Assembly: GCA_002269645.1 (NCBI GenBank)
Contig: NIVC01002073.1
Location: 62,001 to 126,000 of the forward strand
Source of the DNA: Macrostomum lignano
Taxonomy: Eukaryota
DNA length: 64,000 bases
Direction: 5' to 3'
In this document: positions 22,891-36,630 of the stretch, in pieces
Numbering within the stretch: the first letter of the stretch is position 1
Layout: the number at the start of each line of letters is the position of its first letter
The notes under the pieces: generated by a model
The model's database searches: none
Seen by the model: the letters and a program-made list of their open reading frames with translations, nothing else
What the model was told of the DNA's origin: nothing
Position numbers and translations under genes: made by a program

Positions 22891-23535
22891 AAGTGAGAAA
22901 GTTCGGAAATTTGTGTAAAGCAATTAGATACGCAATTACTTTCGACTTGTAATTAAATGATTGAAATTTGAAGGTACTCGAGTATTACTCGTAATATTTA
23001 CCAATTTGTTATACTTAGTTGTCTTGTTAAATTGTGCCCTTAATGCGCGATACAGTGCATACTAATGCTGTTATTCATATGAGAAATATTGATAAGTAAA
23101 CGTTTCTCTGTGAGCATCTAATTTTGTTGTGATTAAATCCGTAAATCATATAGGCCGAAAACATAAGTAAAGGCTGCGGCACTTCTTCAGCAGATTCTGT
23201 GGCAGTTTTTTAGACGCACTACAAAGCTGAACCCTTTAATTTTTCTGTGCTCCGCTCTTTTTCTATTTCCTTTCTTCTCTCTCCCTCTCCCTCTCGCCCG
23301 CCGCAAAATCTTGCGTAGCTGGGCCACCTCATCTCGACTGCTCAACCAGCAGCTCAAATCCACCTGCCAAATTGTATTGTCCGTCTAGTCAGCCTCTCAG
23401 TCCTGCCAGCCCCCCTTCCCCCGACAGCGAGCAGCTAATCTCAGGCAGCCAACCATGGGCCAGAGCAGACTCGTACAGAGAGACTCGCTACCCGCCATCT
23501 CTTCTCTCTCTCCCTCTCGCCTCGACTAACGTTTT

Positions 23536-23550
23536 GTTGTCAATAGCAAC
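23536..23550. promoter_or_regulatory. Candidate RFX X-box upstream of the SAXO-like gene
   Basis: GTTGTC-AAT-AGCAAC is one mismatch from GTNRCC(N0-3)RGYAAC, about 170 bp before the ATG of a predicted ciliary gene. Confidence 0.45.
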
Positions 23551-23716
23551 GTTTTTATCTCTCTCTCACTTGGAGTCTTCTCTAATACTTTATAACCATC
23601 TGAATCTGCCGTGTCTAAAAGTTATAGTATAATTACTATAGACTATAGACTACAGTAGCTGCTTACAACATCTGTTAGTGGCAGAAGACATCAGCGAAAG
23701 CAGAACTTAGCCAGAC

Positions 23717-26700
23717 ATGCCAGCTACAGCGGCTCCGCAGCCGCAGCGGCAGCCGCCGCCCAGTCTGCCGGTGTCGCGCGGTTCGGTAATCGATTCTGAG
23801 CTCGAAGCGCTGATGCGGGCGCATCCAGAGCGAACTCGCGAGCTGCTGTACGGATTGTACAACATCCCGACGCCTGGATTGGTTGCCGAGGAGCAGGCGG
23901 CCGCTGCGGCGGCGGCTGCCGAAGCTGCCGGTCCGAAGGGCCGATTGGGCAAGTCGCACTATCAGGACACGTACATCGCCAAGGAGCTGCGGAAACGGTC
24001 TAGCAAGCGACCACCGCCAGCTGGCGGCGGCGGCGGCAAGCGGGGCCAGGCGATGAGCTGGGACACCTCGCAGAGGGCCGACTTCGTGCCCAAGGACTTG
24101 AGGGCGGCTCGGAACGAGCCGGTGCAAAAGAAGGGAGGCAACGGAGACGGGCCTTCTTGGGTGTGGCGTGACCAGATGGGCGACAAACGGGCTACCGTGT
24201 ATCAGGTAATTGGGAGGCTGCTTCATGGGATTCCAGCTGTCTGAGTCAGGTGGTTCCGGGTCTCTGAGTCTTGTAGTTCCAGGTCCCTGAGTCTTGTGGT
24301 TTCAGATCTCTGAGTCTTGTGGCTTCACGTCTCTAAGTCTTGTGGTTTCAGGTCTCTGAGTCTTGTGGTTTCAGGTCTATAAGTCTTGTGGTTTCAGGTC
24401 TATAAGTCTTGTGATTTCAGGTCTCTGAGTCTTGTGATTTCAGATCTCTGAGTCTTGTGGTTTCAGATCTCTGAGTCTTGTGGTTTCAGGTCTCTGAGTC
24501 TTGTGGTTTCAGGTCTATAAGTCTTGTGATTTCAGATCTCTGAGTCTTGTGGTTTCAGGTCTCTGAGTCTTGTGATTTCAGATCTCTGAGTCTTGTGGTT
24601 TCAGGTCTCTGAGTCTTGTGGTTTCAGGTCTCTGAGTCTTGTGGTTTCAGGTCTCTGAGTCAGGTTGTTCCAGGTCTCTGAGTCTTGTGGTTCCAGGTGT
24701 CTGAGTCAGGTAATTTCTGTTGTCTGATTCAGGTAATTCCAGGTGTCTGAGTCAGGTGATTCCAGGTGTCTGAGTCAGGTAATTCCAGGTGTCTGAGTCA
24801 GGTAATTCCAGGTGTCTGAGTCAGGTAATTCCAGGTGTCTGGTTCAGAGTTATTATTCCTGATGTTAAGGCCATAAATGATGTGATAGGGGGTTATTTGC
24901 AGTCTCAATACTCCGTTGTCATTCCCGCCGCCCTCTCGTCTTTGTTCAGGACGAATACAAAGAGCGTCCGCTCGGCCCGGTAGAGCACCGCAAGCCGGAC
25001 GCTGTCCGAGGCGGCGCCGGCAGGGTGCTGGTGGCAAACGGCCAATTTCAAGGCCAGACAACCAGCATGGCCGACTACAAAGGCTGGAGCACCGGCCGGA
25101 ATCCGATTCGCTACGGCGAGATGCCCGAATTTATGGGCTCGGTGCTCAACCCGGGCAGGGCCAGGGAGCTGGAGACTGTCAATCAATCTACTTACAAGGG
25201 TGAGAGCTGGGGCTGGGGCAGTGCTGAGGTTACTGAGCACTCTGAGAACACGTCTCTTAGGCTACTGGGCACTCTGAGCAGTCGCCTCTTAGGCTACTGG
25301 GCACTCTGAGCAGTCGCCTCTTAGGCTACTGGGCACTCTGAGAACTCGCCTCTTAGGCTACTGGGCACTCTGAGAACTCGCCTCTTAGGCTACTGGGCAC
25401 TCTGAGCAGTCGCCTCTTAGGCTACTGGGCACTCTGAGCAGTCGCCTCTTAGGCTACTGGGCACTCTGAGCAGTCGCCTCTTAGGCTACTGAACACTCTG
25501 AGCACTCGCCTGTTAGGCTACTGATGAACACTCTGAGAACTCGCCTCTTAGGCTACTGGGCACTCTGAGAACTCGCCTCTTAGGCTACTGGGCACTCTGA
25601 GAACTCGCCTCTTAGGCTACTGGGCACTCTGAGCAGTCGCCTCTTAGGCTACTGGGCACTCTGAGCAGTCGCCTCTTAGGCTACTGGGCACTCTGAGCAG
25701 TCGCCTCTTAGGCTACTGGGCACTCTGAGCAGTCGCCTCTTAGGCTACTGGGCACTCTGAGCAGTCGCCTCTTAGGCTACTGGGCACTCTGAGCAGTCGC
25801 CTCTTAGGCTACTGAACACTCTGAGCAGTCGCCTCTTAGGCTACTGAACACTCTGAGCACTCGCCTGTTAGGCTACTGATGAACACTCTGAGCACTCGCC
25901 TGTTAGGCTACTGATGAACACTCTGAGCACTCGCCTGTTAGGCTACTGATGAACACTCTGAGCACTCGCCTGTTAGGCTACTGATGAACACTCTGAGCAC
26001 TCGTCTCTTAGGCTACTGAGCACTGAGCACTAGACCCTTAAGCTACTGGGGCAGTGCTGAGTCTACTGAGCTAACTTGACTCCCCCTTTTACTTCGAAGG
26101 TCCTCGCGGCGTTCCTGCCATACCGGCCGTGCCGGCGGTCGGCAATCTGGCACTGGACGGTGTCCAGGACTTCACCACGGTGAACAGGGACACCTACCGA
26201 CCGATGCCCCCTGGGCTGAGCCGGCCGCCACCGGCCCGCCAGAGCAACGAGGCGGTGATGGAGCGCAAGCTGCCGATGCACTCGGAGACGCAGACCAGGG
26301 CGGATTTCAAAGGCTACGATACCAGGCAGTTCAAGCGGTCGGAGAGGTCCCAGCCTCCCGAGGCGATGGTGGATTTAAAGTGAGAAAAAATCTTAGCTGG
26401 CTCCTTTAAGTAGATTAGAATTTGATATGCATGTATTCAATTTTGATGATAAATTTGGGCGAAGTTTTTGTGAGATTTATTAGATCCATTGATCTATGGG
26501 GTGAGATTTATGATTTCCATTCATCTATGGGGGTGAGATTTATGAGAACTATTGATCTATGGGGGTGAGATTTATGAGACCTATTGATCTATGGGGGTGA
26601 GATTTATGATATCCATTCATCTATGGGGGTGAGATTTATGAGAACTATTGATCTATGGGGGTGAGATTTATGAGACCTATTGATCTATGGGGTGAGATTT

Positions 26701-29700
26701 ATGATTTCCATTCATCTATGGGGGTGAGATTTATGAGAACTATTGATCTATGGGGGTGAGATTTATGATATCCATTCATCTATGGGGGTGAGATTTATGA
26801 GAACTATTGATCTATGGGGGTGAGATTTATGATATCCATTGATCTATGGGGGTGAGATTTATGATTTCCATTCATCTATGGGGGTGAGATTTATGAGAAC
26901 TATTGATCTATGGGGGTGAGATTTATGAGACCTATTGATCTATGGGGTGAGATTTATGAGACCTATTGATCTATGGGGGTGAGATTTATGATATCCATTG
27001 ATCTATGGGGGTGAGATTTATGAGACCTATTGATCTATGGGGGTGAGATTTATAAGAACTATTGATCTATGGGGGTGAGATTTATAAGAACTATTGATCT
27101 ATGGGGGTGTGATTTATGAGAACTATTGATCTATGGGGGTGAGATTTATGAGACCTATTGATCTATGGGGTGAGATTTATGAGACCTATTGATCTATGGG
27201 GTGAGATTTATGATTTCCATTCATCTATGGGGGTAAGATTTATGAGAACTATTGATCTATGGGGGTGAGATTTATGAGACCTATTGATCTATGGGGTGAG
27301 ATTTATGAGACCTATTGATCTATGGGGTGAGATTTATGATTTCCATTCATCTATGGGGGTGAGATTTATGAGAACTATTGATCTATGGGGGTGAGATTTA
27401 TGAGACCTATTGATCTATGGGGTGAGATTTATGAGACCTATTGATCTATGGGGTGAGATTTATGATTTCCATTCATCTATGGGGGTGAGATTTATGAGAA
27501 CTATTGATCTATGGGGGTGAGATTTATGAGACCTATTGATCTATGGGGTGAGATTTATGAGACCTATTGATCTATGGGGGTGAGATTTATGATATCCATT
27601 GATCTATGGGGGTGAGATTTATGAGACCTATTGATCTATGGGGGTGAGATTTATAAGAACTATTGATCTATGGGGGTGAGATTTATAAGAACTATTGATC
27701 TATGGGGGTGAGATTTATGAGAACGATTGATCTATGGGGTGAGATTTATTAGATCCATTGATCTATGGGGGTGAGATTTATGAGAACTATTGATCTATGG
27801 GGGTGAGATTTATGAGACATATTGATCTATGGGGGTGAGATTTATGATATCCATTGATCTATGGGGGTGAGATTTATGAGACATATTGATCTATGGGGGT
27901 GAGATTTATAAGAACTATTGATCTATGGGGGTGAGATTTATGAGACCTATTGATCTATGGGGTGAGATTTATGAGACCTATTGATCTATGGGGTGAGATT
28001 TATGAGTGCTATTGATCTATGGGGTGAGATTTATGAGACCTATTGATCTATGGGGGTGAGATTTATGATATCCATTGATCTATGGGGGTGAGATTTATGA
28101 TATCCATTGATCTATGGGGTGAGATTTATGATATCCATTTATCTATGGGGGTGAGATTTATGAGACCTATTGATCTATGGGGGTGAGATTTATGATATCC
28201 ATTGGTCTATGGGGGTGAGATTTATGAGACCTATTGATCTATGGGGGTGAGATTTATGATATCCATTGATCTATGGGGGTGAGATTTATGATATCCATTG
28301 ATCTATGGGGGTGAGATTTATGATATCCATTGATCTATGGGGTGAGATTTATGAGACCTATTGATCTATGGGGTGAGATTTATGAGACCTATTGATCTAT
28401 CGGGTGGGATTTATGAGACGTATTGATCCATGGGGTGAGATTTATGATATCCATTGATCTATGGTGGTGAGATTTATGAGACCTATTGATCTATGGGGTG
28501 AGATTTATGAGACCTATTGATCTATCGGGTGAGATTTATGAGACCTATTGATCTATCGGGTGAGATTTATGATATCCATTGATATATAGGGTGAATTTTT
28601 TTACTCCGTCATTCAAAGGCGGGTGAGATTATAGAGTCCGTTAATCTTTACGGGATGAGATACTGTTGTCAATTGTGAAGTGTTGGGGTGAGGTTCCACT
28701 CTGCTACTCCCGTCGCCTCGCAGATACGATCGCAACGGTTACTGGAACACGGAGCAGCGTCATGAGTTCCGCGGTGTCGACGTAACTCATCACCCCGTGC
28801 CGGCCAGCTTCAAGAAGGACCCGAGTCAGTACACAGCTCCAGAGGGCCGCATGGAGGGCGAGTCGACTAGCCATCTGGACTACCAAACCAAGGACCTGCG
28901 GTGGGGGAATGGGTCTTCTTTTTTGGAAAATCATTTTGTATTTGACACCTGGTTATTTGGTTTTGACACCAGGTTATTTGAGTCTGACCCCTGGTTATTT
29001 GAGTTTGACACCTGGTTATTTGAGTCTGACACCTGGTTATTTGAGTTTGACACCTGGTTATTTGAGTTTGACACCTGGTTATTTGAGTTTGACACCTGGT
29101 TATTTGAGTCTGACCCCTGGTTATTTGAGTTTGACACCTGGTTATTTGAGTCTGACCCCTGGTTATTTGAGTTTGACACCTGGTTATTTGAGTCTGAAAT
29201 CAGGTTATTTGAGTTTGACACCAGGTTATTTGAGTCTGACACCTGGTTATTTGAGTCTGACACCTGGTTATTTGAGTTTGACACCTGGTTATTTGAGTCT
29301 GAAATCAGGTTATTTGAGTTTGACACCAGGTTATTTGAGTCTGACACCTGGTTATTTGAGTCTGACACCTGGTTATTTGAGTCTGACACCAGGTTATTTG
29401 AGTCTGACACCAGGTTATTTGAGTCTGAAATCAGGTTATTTGAGTTTGACACCTGGTTATTTGAGTCTGACACCTGGTTATTTGAGTCTGACACCTGGTT
29501 ATTTGAGTTTGACACCTGGTTATTTGAGTCTGACACCTGGTTATTTGAGTCTGACACCTGGTTATTTGAGTTTGACACCTGGTTATTTGAGTTTGACACC
29601 TGGTTATTTGATTTCTACAACTGATCCTCAGTTTGTGGCCTCTGGTCTGCAGTTTAGGACACGTTGTTTTTAGTTTGTGACACATTGTCCTCAGTTTGTG

Positions 29701-30222
29701 ACACATGGTCCTCAGCATGCATGTGACACATTGTCCTCAGTTTGTGACACATGGTCCTCAGCATGCATATCCGTCACCCACCGCCTCGGCAGGGAGGCCT
29801 ACCGAGAGCGAGTGAAGCCCCCGGAAGCCAGCACCAGATTCGCAGGCAAGTTCGCCTCAGAGACCACCAGCTCGGAGGCCTATCGCCGGGCAGCTGCGGA
29901 GCCGGTGTCCCCCCGGATGCGCCACGGTGATTTTCACCTGGCCTATCATCATGTGCCGAAGTTCGACAGGTTGGAGGGCGATTCCGAGACCCGGTCCAGC
30001 TTCGTCGCCAAGCCGCTGGCCCCGACGGTTTCGTTTAAGCCGGTGGTCACCGCGGCGCCAACAGACGGCGAGCGCGACTTTGACACGGTGTACAAATCCG
30101 TGTACAAGCCGCCGCGGTTCCGTCTCACCCGGGAGCAGGCAGCCGCCGTCAAGGCCGAGCTTCGAAGGCTGGAAGCAGCGCGCAGCTGCCACCCCGCGCT
30201 GCCCGGCATTGCCAAGGCCTGA
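23717..30222 (+). CDS. SAXO/FAM154-like microtubule inner protein with Mn-type repeats, 5 exons
   Basis: Exons 23717-24205, 24950-25199, 26100-26379, 28724-28900, 29793-30222, GT-AG with consistent phases. Repeated T/S-x-x-x-x-D/S-Y/F motifs (TTSMADYKGW, ETVNQSTYKG, TTVNRDTYRP, ETQTRADFKGY, ESTSHLDYQ, ETTSSEAYR, DTVYKSVYKP) followed by Pro-rich spacers. Gene structure is firmer than the family call. Confidence 0.72.
24240..24845. repeat. 23-bp minisatellite, SAXO-like intron 1
   Basis: gagtcttgtggtttcaggtctct, grading into gagtcaggtaattccaggtgtct. Confidence 0.92.
25235..26030. repeat. 32-bp minisatellite, SAXO-like intron 2
   Basis: gagcagtcgcctcttaggctactgggcactct. Confidence 0.95.
26485..28590. 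repeat. 31-32-bp minisatellite, SAXO-like intron 3 (about 65 copies)
   Basis: gatctatgggggtgagatttatgagacctatt and variants. Confidence 0.97.
28935..29765. repeat. 21-bp minisatellite plus a short second array, SAXO-like intron 4
   Basis: ttatttgagt(t/c)tgacacctgg to about 29612, then tcctcagtttgtgacacat-type units at 29625-29765. Confidence 0.93.
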
Positions 30223-31599
30223 AGCAACAGCAATTCTGATTGGACTTTTCTGAGAGGACGGTTTTAATTGGGCCGACGCTATTGGTTGGCTGGTGTGTGT
30301 GGTGTGAGGTGGTTGTCTATACAGGGGTAGGGGAGTAGGAGTGGCACCAGTGTCAGCCAATCAAAATCAAGCAGAGTAAACTTGAGTACATGCAAGTCTC
30401 GACTTGATATGATTAGAATATCGTTTAGAAGTTAAAAATAACAAATTTAACTTTCAAGCCACAAAACAAAATTTCTCGACTTGCACATTTTAAATCCTAT
30501 AATTTGCCGTGCTTCTTCAAAATATTAATAAGAATGCGATGTCACACAATCGATTGCGTTGAAGTTAATCTATATGGCTTCGATAATTTCTGCTATTAGA
30601 TATTTACTGTTGTTGCACACAGACGTATAAAGAGTAATGGATTGTGCTTATGCAAAGAAACTATTTTCTCGTAGTTTGTCGTCTGATTCTTACATTTTTA
30701 TTATCAAATAAAACAGCTTTAAAAAATAATTTTATGATCTTATTTGGTGGTATTTAAACCTTAAAACAAAGATGCCGTTCTTTTGTTATTTTTTATTATT
30801 TATTACAATACGAATCAAAGCAATTCTTCCGATTCTGAATATTAATAATTGTTCAAGAAATAAAATTTACAAATTGAAATGTTAATCAAAAAAGCAGAAA
30901 TGGAAAGTTTAAACACGACGAAATAACAAATAAAGTCTTAGGAGCAAAAAAATTCTGTACAGCTAAATGCGTTGGCCGTTAAGAGTTGCAGGCATGTGCA
31001 AAAGTTTTTAATGCAATAAATTATAAAAAGCAAAACACTGAAATGATAGAAATTTAAACAAATATTAATCCACACAGAAAAGTTACTGTTTTGCATGCTA
31101 AATAGAGAATGCGACACAGACTGCACAGTTATAATTAATTATTAGCAGCGGACACACTAGCCAAGCATTAATAACCCAATTGGATTGTAGCCAATAGTTC
31201 TGGATTTAGATGATTTAAACGCAGATTAGTAGTTCCACAATTAATTTTATAGCACTATTTATTACAGTAGCAGGAAATGTTGTAATAAAAATTAATTTTA
31301 TTAACTAAATTAGCTTACAATAAACTGCAGCATAGAGAATTAGCCAGTAAAACCAAATTTCAACTCAAAATTAACAGCTAAGTATTAGAAAATGAGCGCA
31401 GTGAGCAAACACAGAAATAAAAAGGAAAATATATCATCAAAACAACGTGCGCAATATGGTTATAGGCTTAACAGACAGGTGGACATAATTTCGGGCAGCA
31501 ATATTACTCAGTGAATCGCAAAAAATCTCGGATGCTTCAGAGCATGTTTTATCATTTCCGAACTGGTAGCAGATTTTTCTGGTTTTGTGAAAGTGGGTT

Positions 31600-31990
31600 T
31601 CTGTTGTTTCTCAAGGAAAGTGGGTTTCCATGTGCTTCTCAAAAAAGGGGGTTTCCCGGTTTCTGTATTTCTAGGAAATACGATTTCTAAATTGGATTTT
31701 TATGTTTCTAGGAAACTGAGCTTCCGGGTTTCTAGGAAAGTGGTTCCGGGTTTCTAAGAAAATAGATTTCAGTGCTTCTAAGAAACTGAGCTTCCAAGTT
31801 TCTAGGAAAGCGGGTTTCCGGTTTTCTAGGAAAGTAGGTTTCCGGGTTTCTAAGAAAATAGATTTCTGTGCTTCTAAGAAACTGAGCTTCCAAGTTTCTA
31901 GGAAAGCGGGTTTCCGGTTTTCTAGGAAAGTGGGTTTCCAGGTTTCTAGAAAAGTGGGTTTCCGGGTTTCGAGGAAAATGGGTTTCGAGA
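31600..31990. repeat. Degenerate tandem repeat with longer-period duplication, downstream of the nanos stop
   Basis: gggtttccgggtttctaggaaa-type units; the block tgcttctaagaaactgagcttccaagtttctaggaaagcgggtttccggttttctagg occurs twice. Confidence 0.75.
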
Positions 31991-32225
31991 CTTGTCGTCA
32001 ATTGGAATACTAAGAACGTTGAAAATCATGCTCGCGATTCACTTCTCTGTACAAAAGTACAAATTATTATAGTTTGAAATTTACAAGTAAACGAAGAAAA
32101 AATGTTTCAACTTGATTGACACTTGATTGACGCATCTAATTAGCTGAGCTTGCAATGGCTAGATATTAAAATCATAAAAACCGACACAGTCAAAGACGGC
32201 AAATCTCACCGATGCTGCTAGACAG

Positions 32226-35200
32226 TCAGCCTCGACGGCTAATGCTCATCGAGCTCCGGGCTCCGGCGATGCGAGACACCTGCAGACTGCCCAGCTGCGG
32301 CGGCGGGGGCTGCTGATCAATCAGCTGCTCGCCCGACTGATGGTTGCCGTTGCCATGGGGACAGTATTTGATTGTGTGCGCCTTGTTGCCGGTGGCACCG
32401 CAGATCGGACAGGCGTACCTGCTCGGGTCGGGGGCGGTGGGTGGCTTGGCGCTTTGAGAATAACTGAGTCGGGATTGACTGACTAATTGATTGGCCTACC
32501 AATTTTAATAGGTTTACAACTCCATTTTATAGGGATTAATTATGGCTAGAGCCATTTAGATCGCTTATTGTGGGTTTCTGTAGTACTTTGATGGCTTTTT
32601 TGTCTGGCTTGAGGGTTTATGGCTCAGCTTGATTGATTTATGGCTGTCTGGTTTGTTTATGGCTCAGTCTGGTTTGTTTATGGCTCAGTCTGGTTGGTTT
32701 ATGGCTCAGTCTGGTTGGTTTATGGCTCAGTCTGATTGGTTTATGGCTCAGTCTGATTGGTTTATGGCTCAGTCTGATTGGTTTATGGCTCAGTCTGATT
32801 GGTTTATGGCTCAGTCTGGTTTGTTTATGGCTCAGTCTGGTTTGTTTATTGCTCAGTCTGGTTGGTTTATGGCTCAGTCTGGTTGGTTTCTGGCCCAGTC
32901 TGATGGGTTGATGGCTCAGTCTGATGGGTTGATGGCTCAGTCTGATGGGTTGATGGCTCAGTCTGATGGGTTGATGGCTCAGTCTGATGGGTTGATGGCT
33001 CAGTCTGATGGGTTGATGGCTCAGTCTGATGGGTTGATGGCTCAGTCTGATGGGTTGATGGCTCAGTCTGATGGGTTGATGGCTCAGTCTGATGGGTTGA
33101 TGGCTCAGTCTGATGGGTTGATGGCTCAGTCTGATGGGTTGATGGCTCAGTCTGATGGGTTGATGGCTCAGTCTGATGGGTTGATGGCTCAGTCTGATGG
33201 GTTGATGGCTCAGTCTGATGGGTTGATGGCTCAGTCTGATGGGTTGATGGCTCAGTCTGATGGGTTGATGGCTCAGTCTGATGGGTTGATGGCTCAGTAT
33301 GATGGGTTGATGGTTCACTCGGACTGGTTTATCCCGACTTTCCCCCAAATTTGATGCGTTTGCTTGGCTTGATTTTTGCTGTTGTGGTTCGGGGCAATAA
33401 TATAGCTTGAATAGTGAGTTTATTGTTCATCTTAAAATTCATAGCCTTTTTACGGTTTCAATTTGGTTTGTAGTTTATGGTTATGCTTTAAGGTTTATGG
33501 CTTAATTTGATGGGTTTAAAGCTTGAATTATCGATTGGTTTATTACTTGGCTTGGGGTTTGTGGTTTAGGTGTTGATGGTCTGGCTTGGGTGTTAATGAC
33601 TGTTCGAGTCCTATGGTTGGGGAGCTGGGGGGTTTATGGCTTGGCTTAAGGTTTATAGTAATTTTTGTGATTTACCGCTTAGCCTTATCTATGAATTACC
33701 GCCCTTATAAAATCGCAATTAAAAAATCTGCACTCACTGGAACAGCACAGGACAGGTGACATTTCCGAACGCGTCAGTCAGCCGGTGACTGGTGTACACG
33801 TGAAATGGCTCCTGATTTTGCCTGCAGAACACGCACAGTTCAATACGCATCTCTCGCTTCTTCTGGTAGTGCATCTTCAGCCTGGTGAGAAAGTTGAGCA
33901 GGGTGCCCTTGTCTATGGCGATCTGGTTGGGCCCCGGGGCGCCCACGCCCGGTCCGGGAATGGGAGCGCTGCAGGTAACGGAAGCGATCCACTTGTCAAT
34001 CTCGTGAGCGATGCCCGGTTTGTTCTGCTGCTGCTGCTGCTTTCCGACCGGAGCCACCGGCTGCTGCATGTGCAGGTATTCGTGCTCGCCGACTTGCAAA
34101 TAGGCCAGGCTGGAGTCCAGACCTGCGCCTGGCTGATGCGGCTGGTCCCATAGAGCTGGTGGTGCTGCAGAGTGCAGGTACCGGCCGTGGACGAGTGCTT
34201 GGAGGAGCCTGCAGTATGGTGATATGTAACGTAAATAGCTTCATTGGTGAGGGAAGTACAGGGGCTATACAGGGGGAGAGGAGGGGGAGAGACACGGGGC
34301 TACAGGGGGAGACATGAGGCTACAGGGGGAGAGACATGAGACTACAGTGGAGAGACATGAGACTACAGGGGGAGATATGAGGCTACAGGGGGAGAGACAT
34401 GAGACTACAGTGGAGAGACATGAGGCTACAGGGGGGAGACATGAGGCTAGAGGGGGGAGACATGAGGCTACAGGGAGAGAGACATGAGACTACAGGGGGA
34501 GAGACATGAGACTACAGTGGAGAGACATGAGACTACAGGGGGAGACATGAGGCTACAGGGGGAGACATGAGGCTACAGGGGGAGACATGAGGCTACAGGG
34601 AGAGACATGAGGCTAGAGGGGGGAGACATGAGGCTACAGGGAGAGACATGAGACTACAGGGGGAGAGACATGAGACTACAGTGGAGAGACATGAGACTAC
34701 AGGGGGAGACATGAGGCTACAGGGGGAGAGACATGAGACTACAGTGGAGAGACATGAGACTACAGGGGAGAGACATGAGACTACAGGGGAGAGACATGAG
34801 ACTACAGGGGAGAGACATGAGACTACAGGGGGAGACATGAGGCTACAGGGGGGGGGACATGAGGCTAGAGGGGGGAGACATGAGGCTACAGGGGGGAGAC
34901 ATGAGGCTACAGGGAGAGAGACATGAGACTACAGGGGGAGACATGAGACTATACAGAGAAGTGACAGGCTATACAGGCTACATGGGAGTGACAGGCTATA
35001 CAGAGGAGTGACAGGCTATACATGGGAGTGACAGGCTATACATGGGAGTGACAGGCTATACACGGGAGTGACAGGCTATACAGGGGAGGGACAGGCTATA
35101 CAGAGGAGTGACAGGCTATACAGGGAAGGGACAGGCAATACAGGGGAGTGACAGGCTAAAGATGGCATCGAAGGGAGAGACAGGAAGACAGAGACTGAAG

Positions 35201-35714
35201 CTGCAGATATGAGACTGTGTGGGTTAACTCCTAGGGTCGAGAGATACTGCTATACATGCGTATCGAGAAGACAGGAGAATAAACTCTTGGCCCTTGACCC
35301 CCACCCTTGGATCCGCCACGGAGAAAAGTTCTGTCTCTCCCTTTGACTGACCCCGCTTGACCCCGCCTGGATCCACCAAGGACCATGAGAAACACACGCT
35401 AATATCTCACCTAGCTGCATTAGCGAACTCTGCTGATAGTTGCAATTAAACGAGGGAGCACTCGGCGATAGCAGACTTATCGGTCTGGCTGGCTTGTTAC
35501 AGCTAGCATTGGTGTTGGCAGTCGATGAAGCGGGTAGCTGCTGATTGGAGACCGAGGTGTCGCGGTCGCGGCTCCACGAAGCAACACTAGCTGCAGACTC
35601 GAACGGCGCCAACTTGGCGTCCCTGTGTTGCTGCTGTTGCTGCATCATGCCAGTGGACCAGGCGCCCCAGGCGGCGTGGTGTTCAGTCGATGACAGCTGT
35701 TGGTACCCTTGCAT
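32226..35714 (-). CDS. nanos: Nanos RNA-binding protein (two CCHC zinc fingers), 3 exons
   Basis: Finger 1 CVFCRQNQEPFHVYTSHRLTDAFGNVTCPVL (exon ending 33738, donor GTGAGT) splices to QYACPICGATGNKAHTIKYCP (exon 32418-32226). The middle exon starts at 34208 or 34164. First exon 35714-35411 is Q/S-rich and less certain. Confidence 0.92.
32632..33320. repeat. 21-bp minisatellite, nanos intron between the two zinc fingers
   Basis: ggctcagtctgatgggttgat and variants. Confidence 0.95.
34290..35160. repeat. Two adjacent purine-rich minisatellites, nanos intron 1
   Basis: ggggagacatgaggctaca-type units to about 34950, then gagtgacaggctatacatgg-type units. Confidence 0.9.
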
Positions 35715-36514
35715 TGTTCTCTTAATATGTAGATAGATATAACTATTGTGAGCTAACCGTATTTGTTTTGGACAGATCGATTTGAAAATTCCAAAGCAAG
35801 GCTGAAACTGTTAAGTTAATATGCACGAAAAATCGCACTCTACTTCGTTTTAATTCAACTATTATGATAAGACAAAGAGCTTCAAGCGCACTGTCTTATA
35901 TGTTCAGCACAGAGGGGGTCTGAGAGGCGGGCCAATTAGCGCCGTTAAAATTGGGGGATGGTCAGCCTCAGCCAATCAGAGGCGTCGGAGAGTTCCGCGG
36001 CCTCGGGGTAGGGGTTTGGCGGGGGAGAGAGTTGGCCACGCGCCTGTTAGTGATAAGGCTGGGCGAAAGTGATGAGTCATCGATAACAGGCGGCGGCAGG
36101 CGCAATTAACTTTATTACCAGCCAGCTAGAGACTAGAAGAGGCGCACAGCAACAAAATTAATTGGCGCCATTATCAGCGCAGCAGCAGGCAGAGGTGCGA
36201 AAATTGTTACTCATAGCTACAGTGGCAGAAAAAATTATCCAGCAGGGCAACCGCAACAACCAAACTATTATTACGAGTTTCTAGAAATTTAATTGATTCT
36301 ACTTCGTAATTACTTAGCCATAAATATTATTTCGGCCCTATAATGAACAGGACTCTCACTTAGACACTAAACCTGAATTTTCAAAAACTACGGTGGATAA
36401 TCTAATTGATGTATTGAAACTATTATGTAGTATGAATAATGAACTAACCATCTTTTTATATATATTCTCATCCATGCATGTACAAGTGTAATAAAAAAAT
36501 AATAAATTGAGAGG

Positions 36515-36630
36515 ACCCGCCCCTCTATGCCGAGACACCCAGAGGATCCGCCCCTCTATGCCGAGACACTCAGAGGATCCGCCCCTCTATGCCGAGACAC
36601 CCAGAGGATCCACCCCTCTATGCCAAGAAA
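36515..36630. repeat. 31-bp tandem repeat (about 3.5 copies)
   Basis: gaggatccgcccctctatgccgagacaccca. Confidence 0.85.

Noticed and set aside
28797-29673. Long ORFs in three frames (FEFDTWL, LTPGYLS, SNSNNQV repeats)
   Set aside because: 21-bp repeat within a GT-AG intron; only 28724-28900 is exon.
31600-31990. Smaug or Pumilio elements in the nanos 3' region
   Set aside because: No convincing CNGG stem-loop and no exact TGTAHATA found by eye.
32349-32362. X-box-like GTTGCCATGGGGAC
   Set aside because: Lies in nanos coding sequence (CPHGN) and the second half-site is poor.
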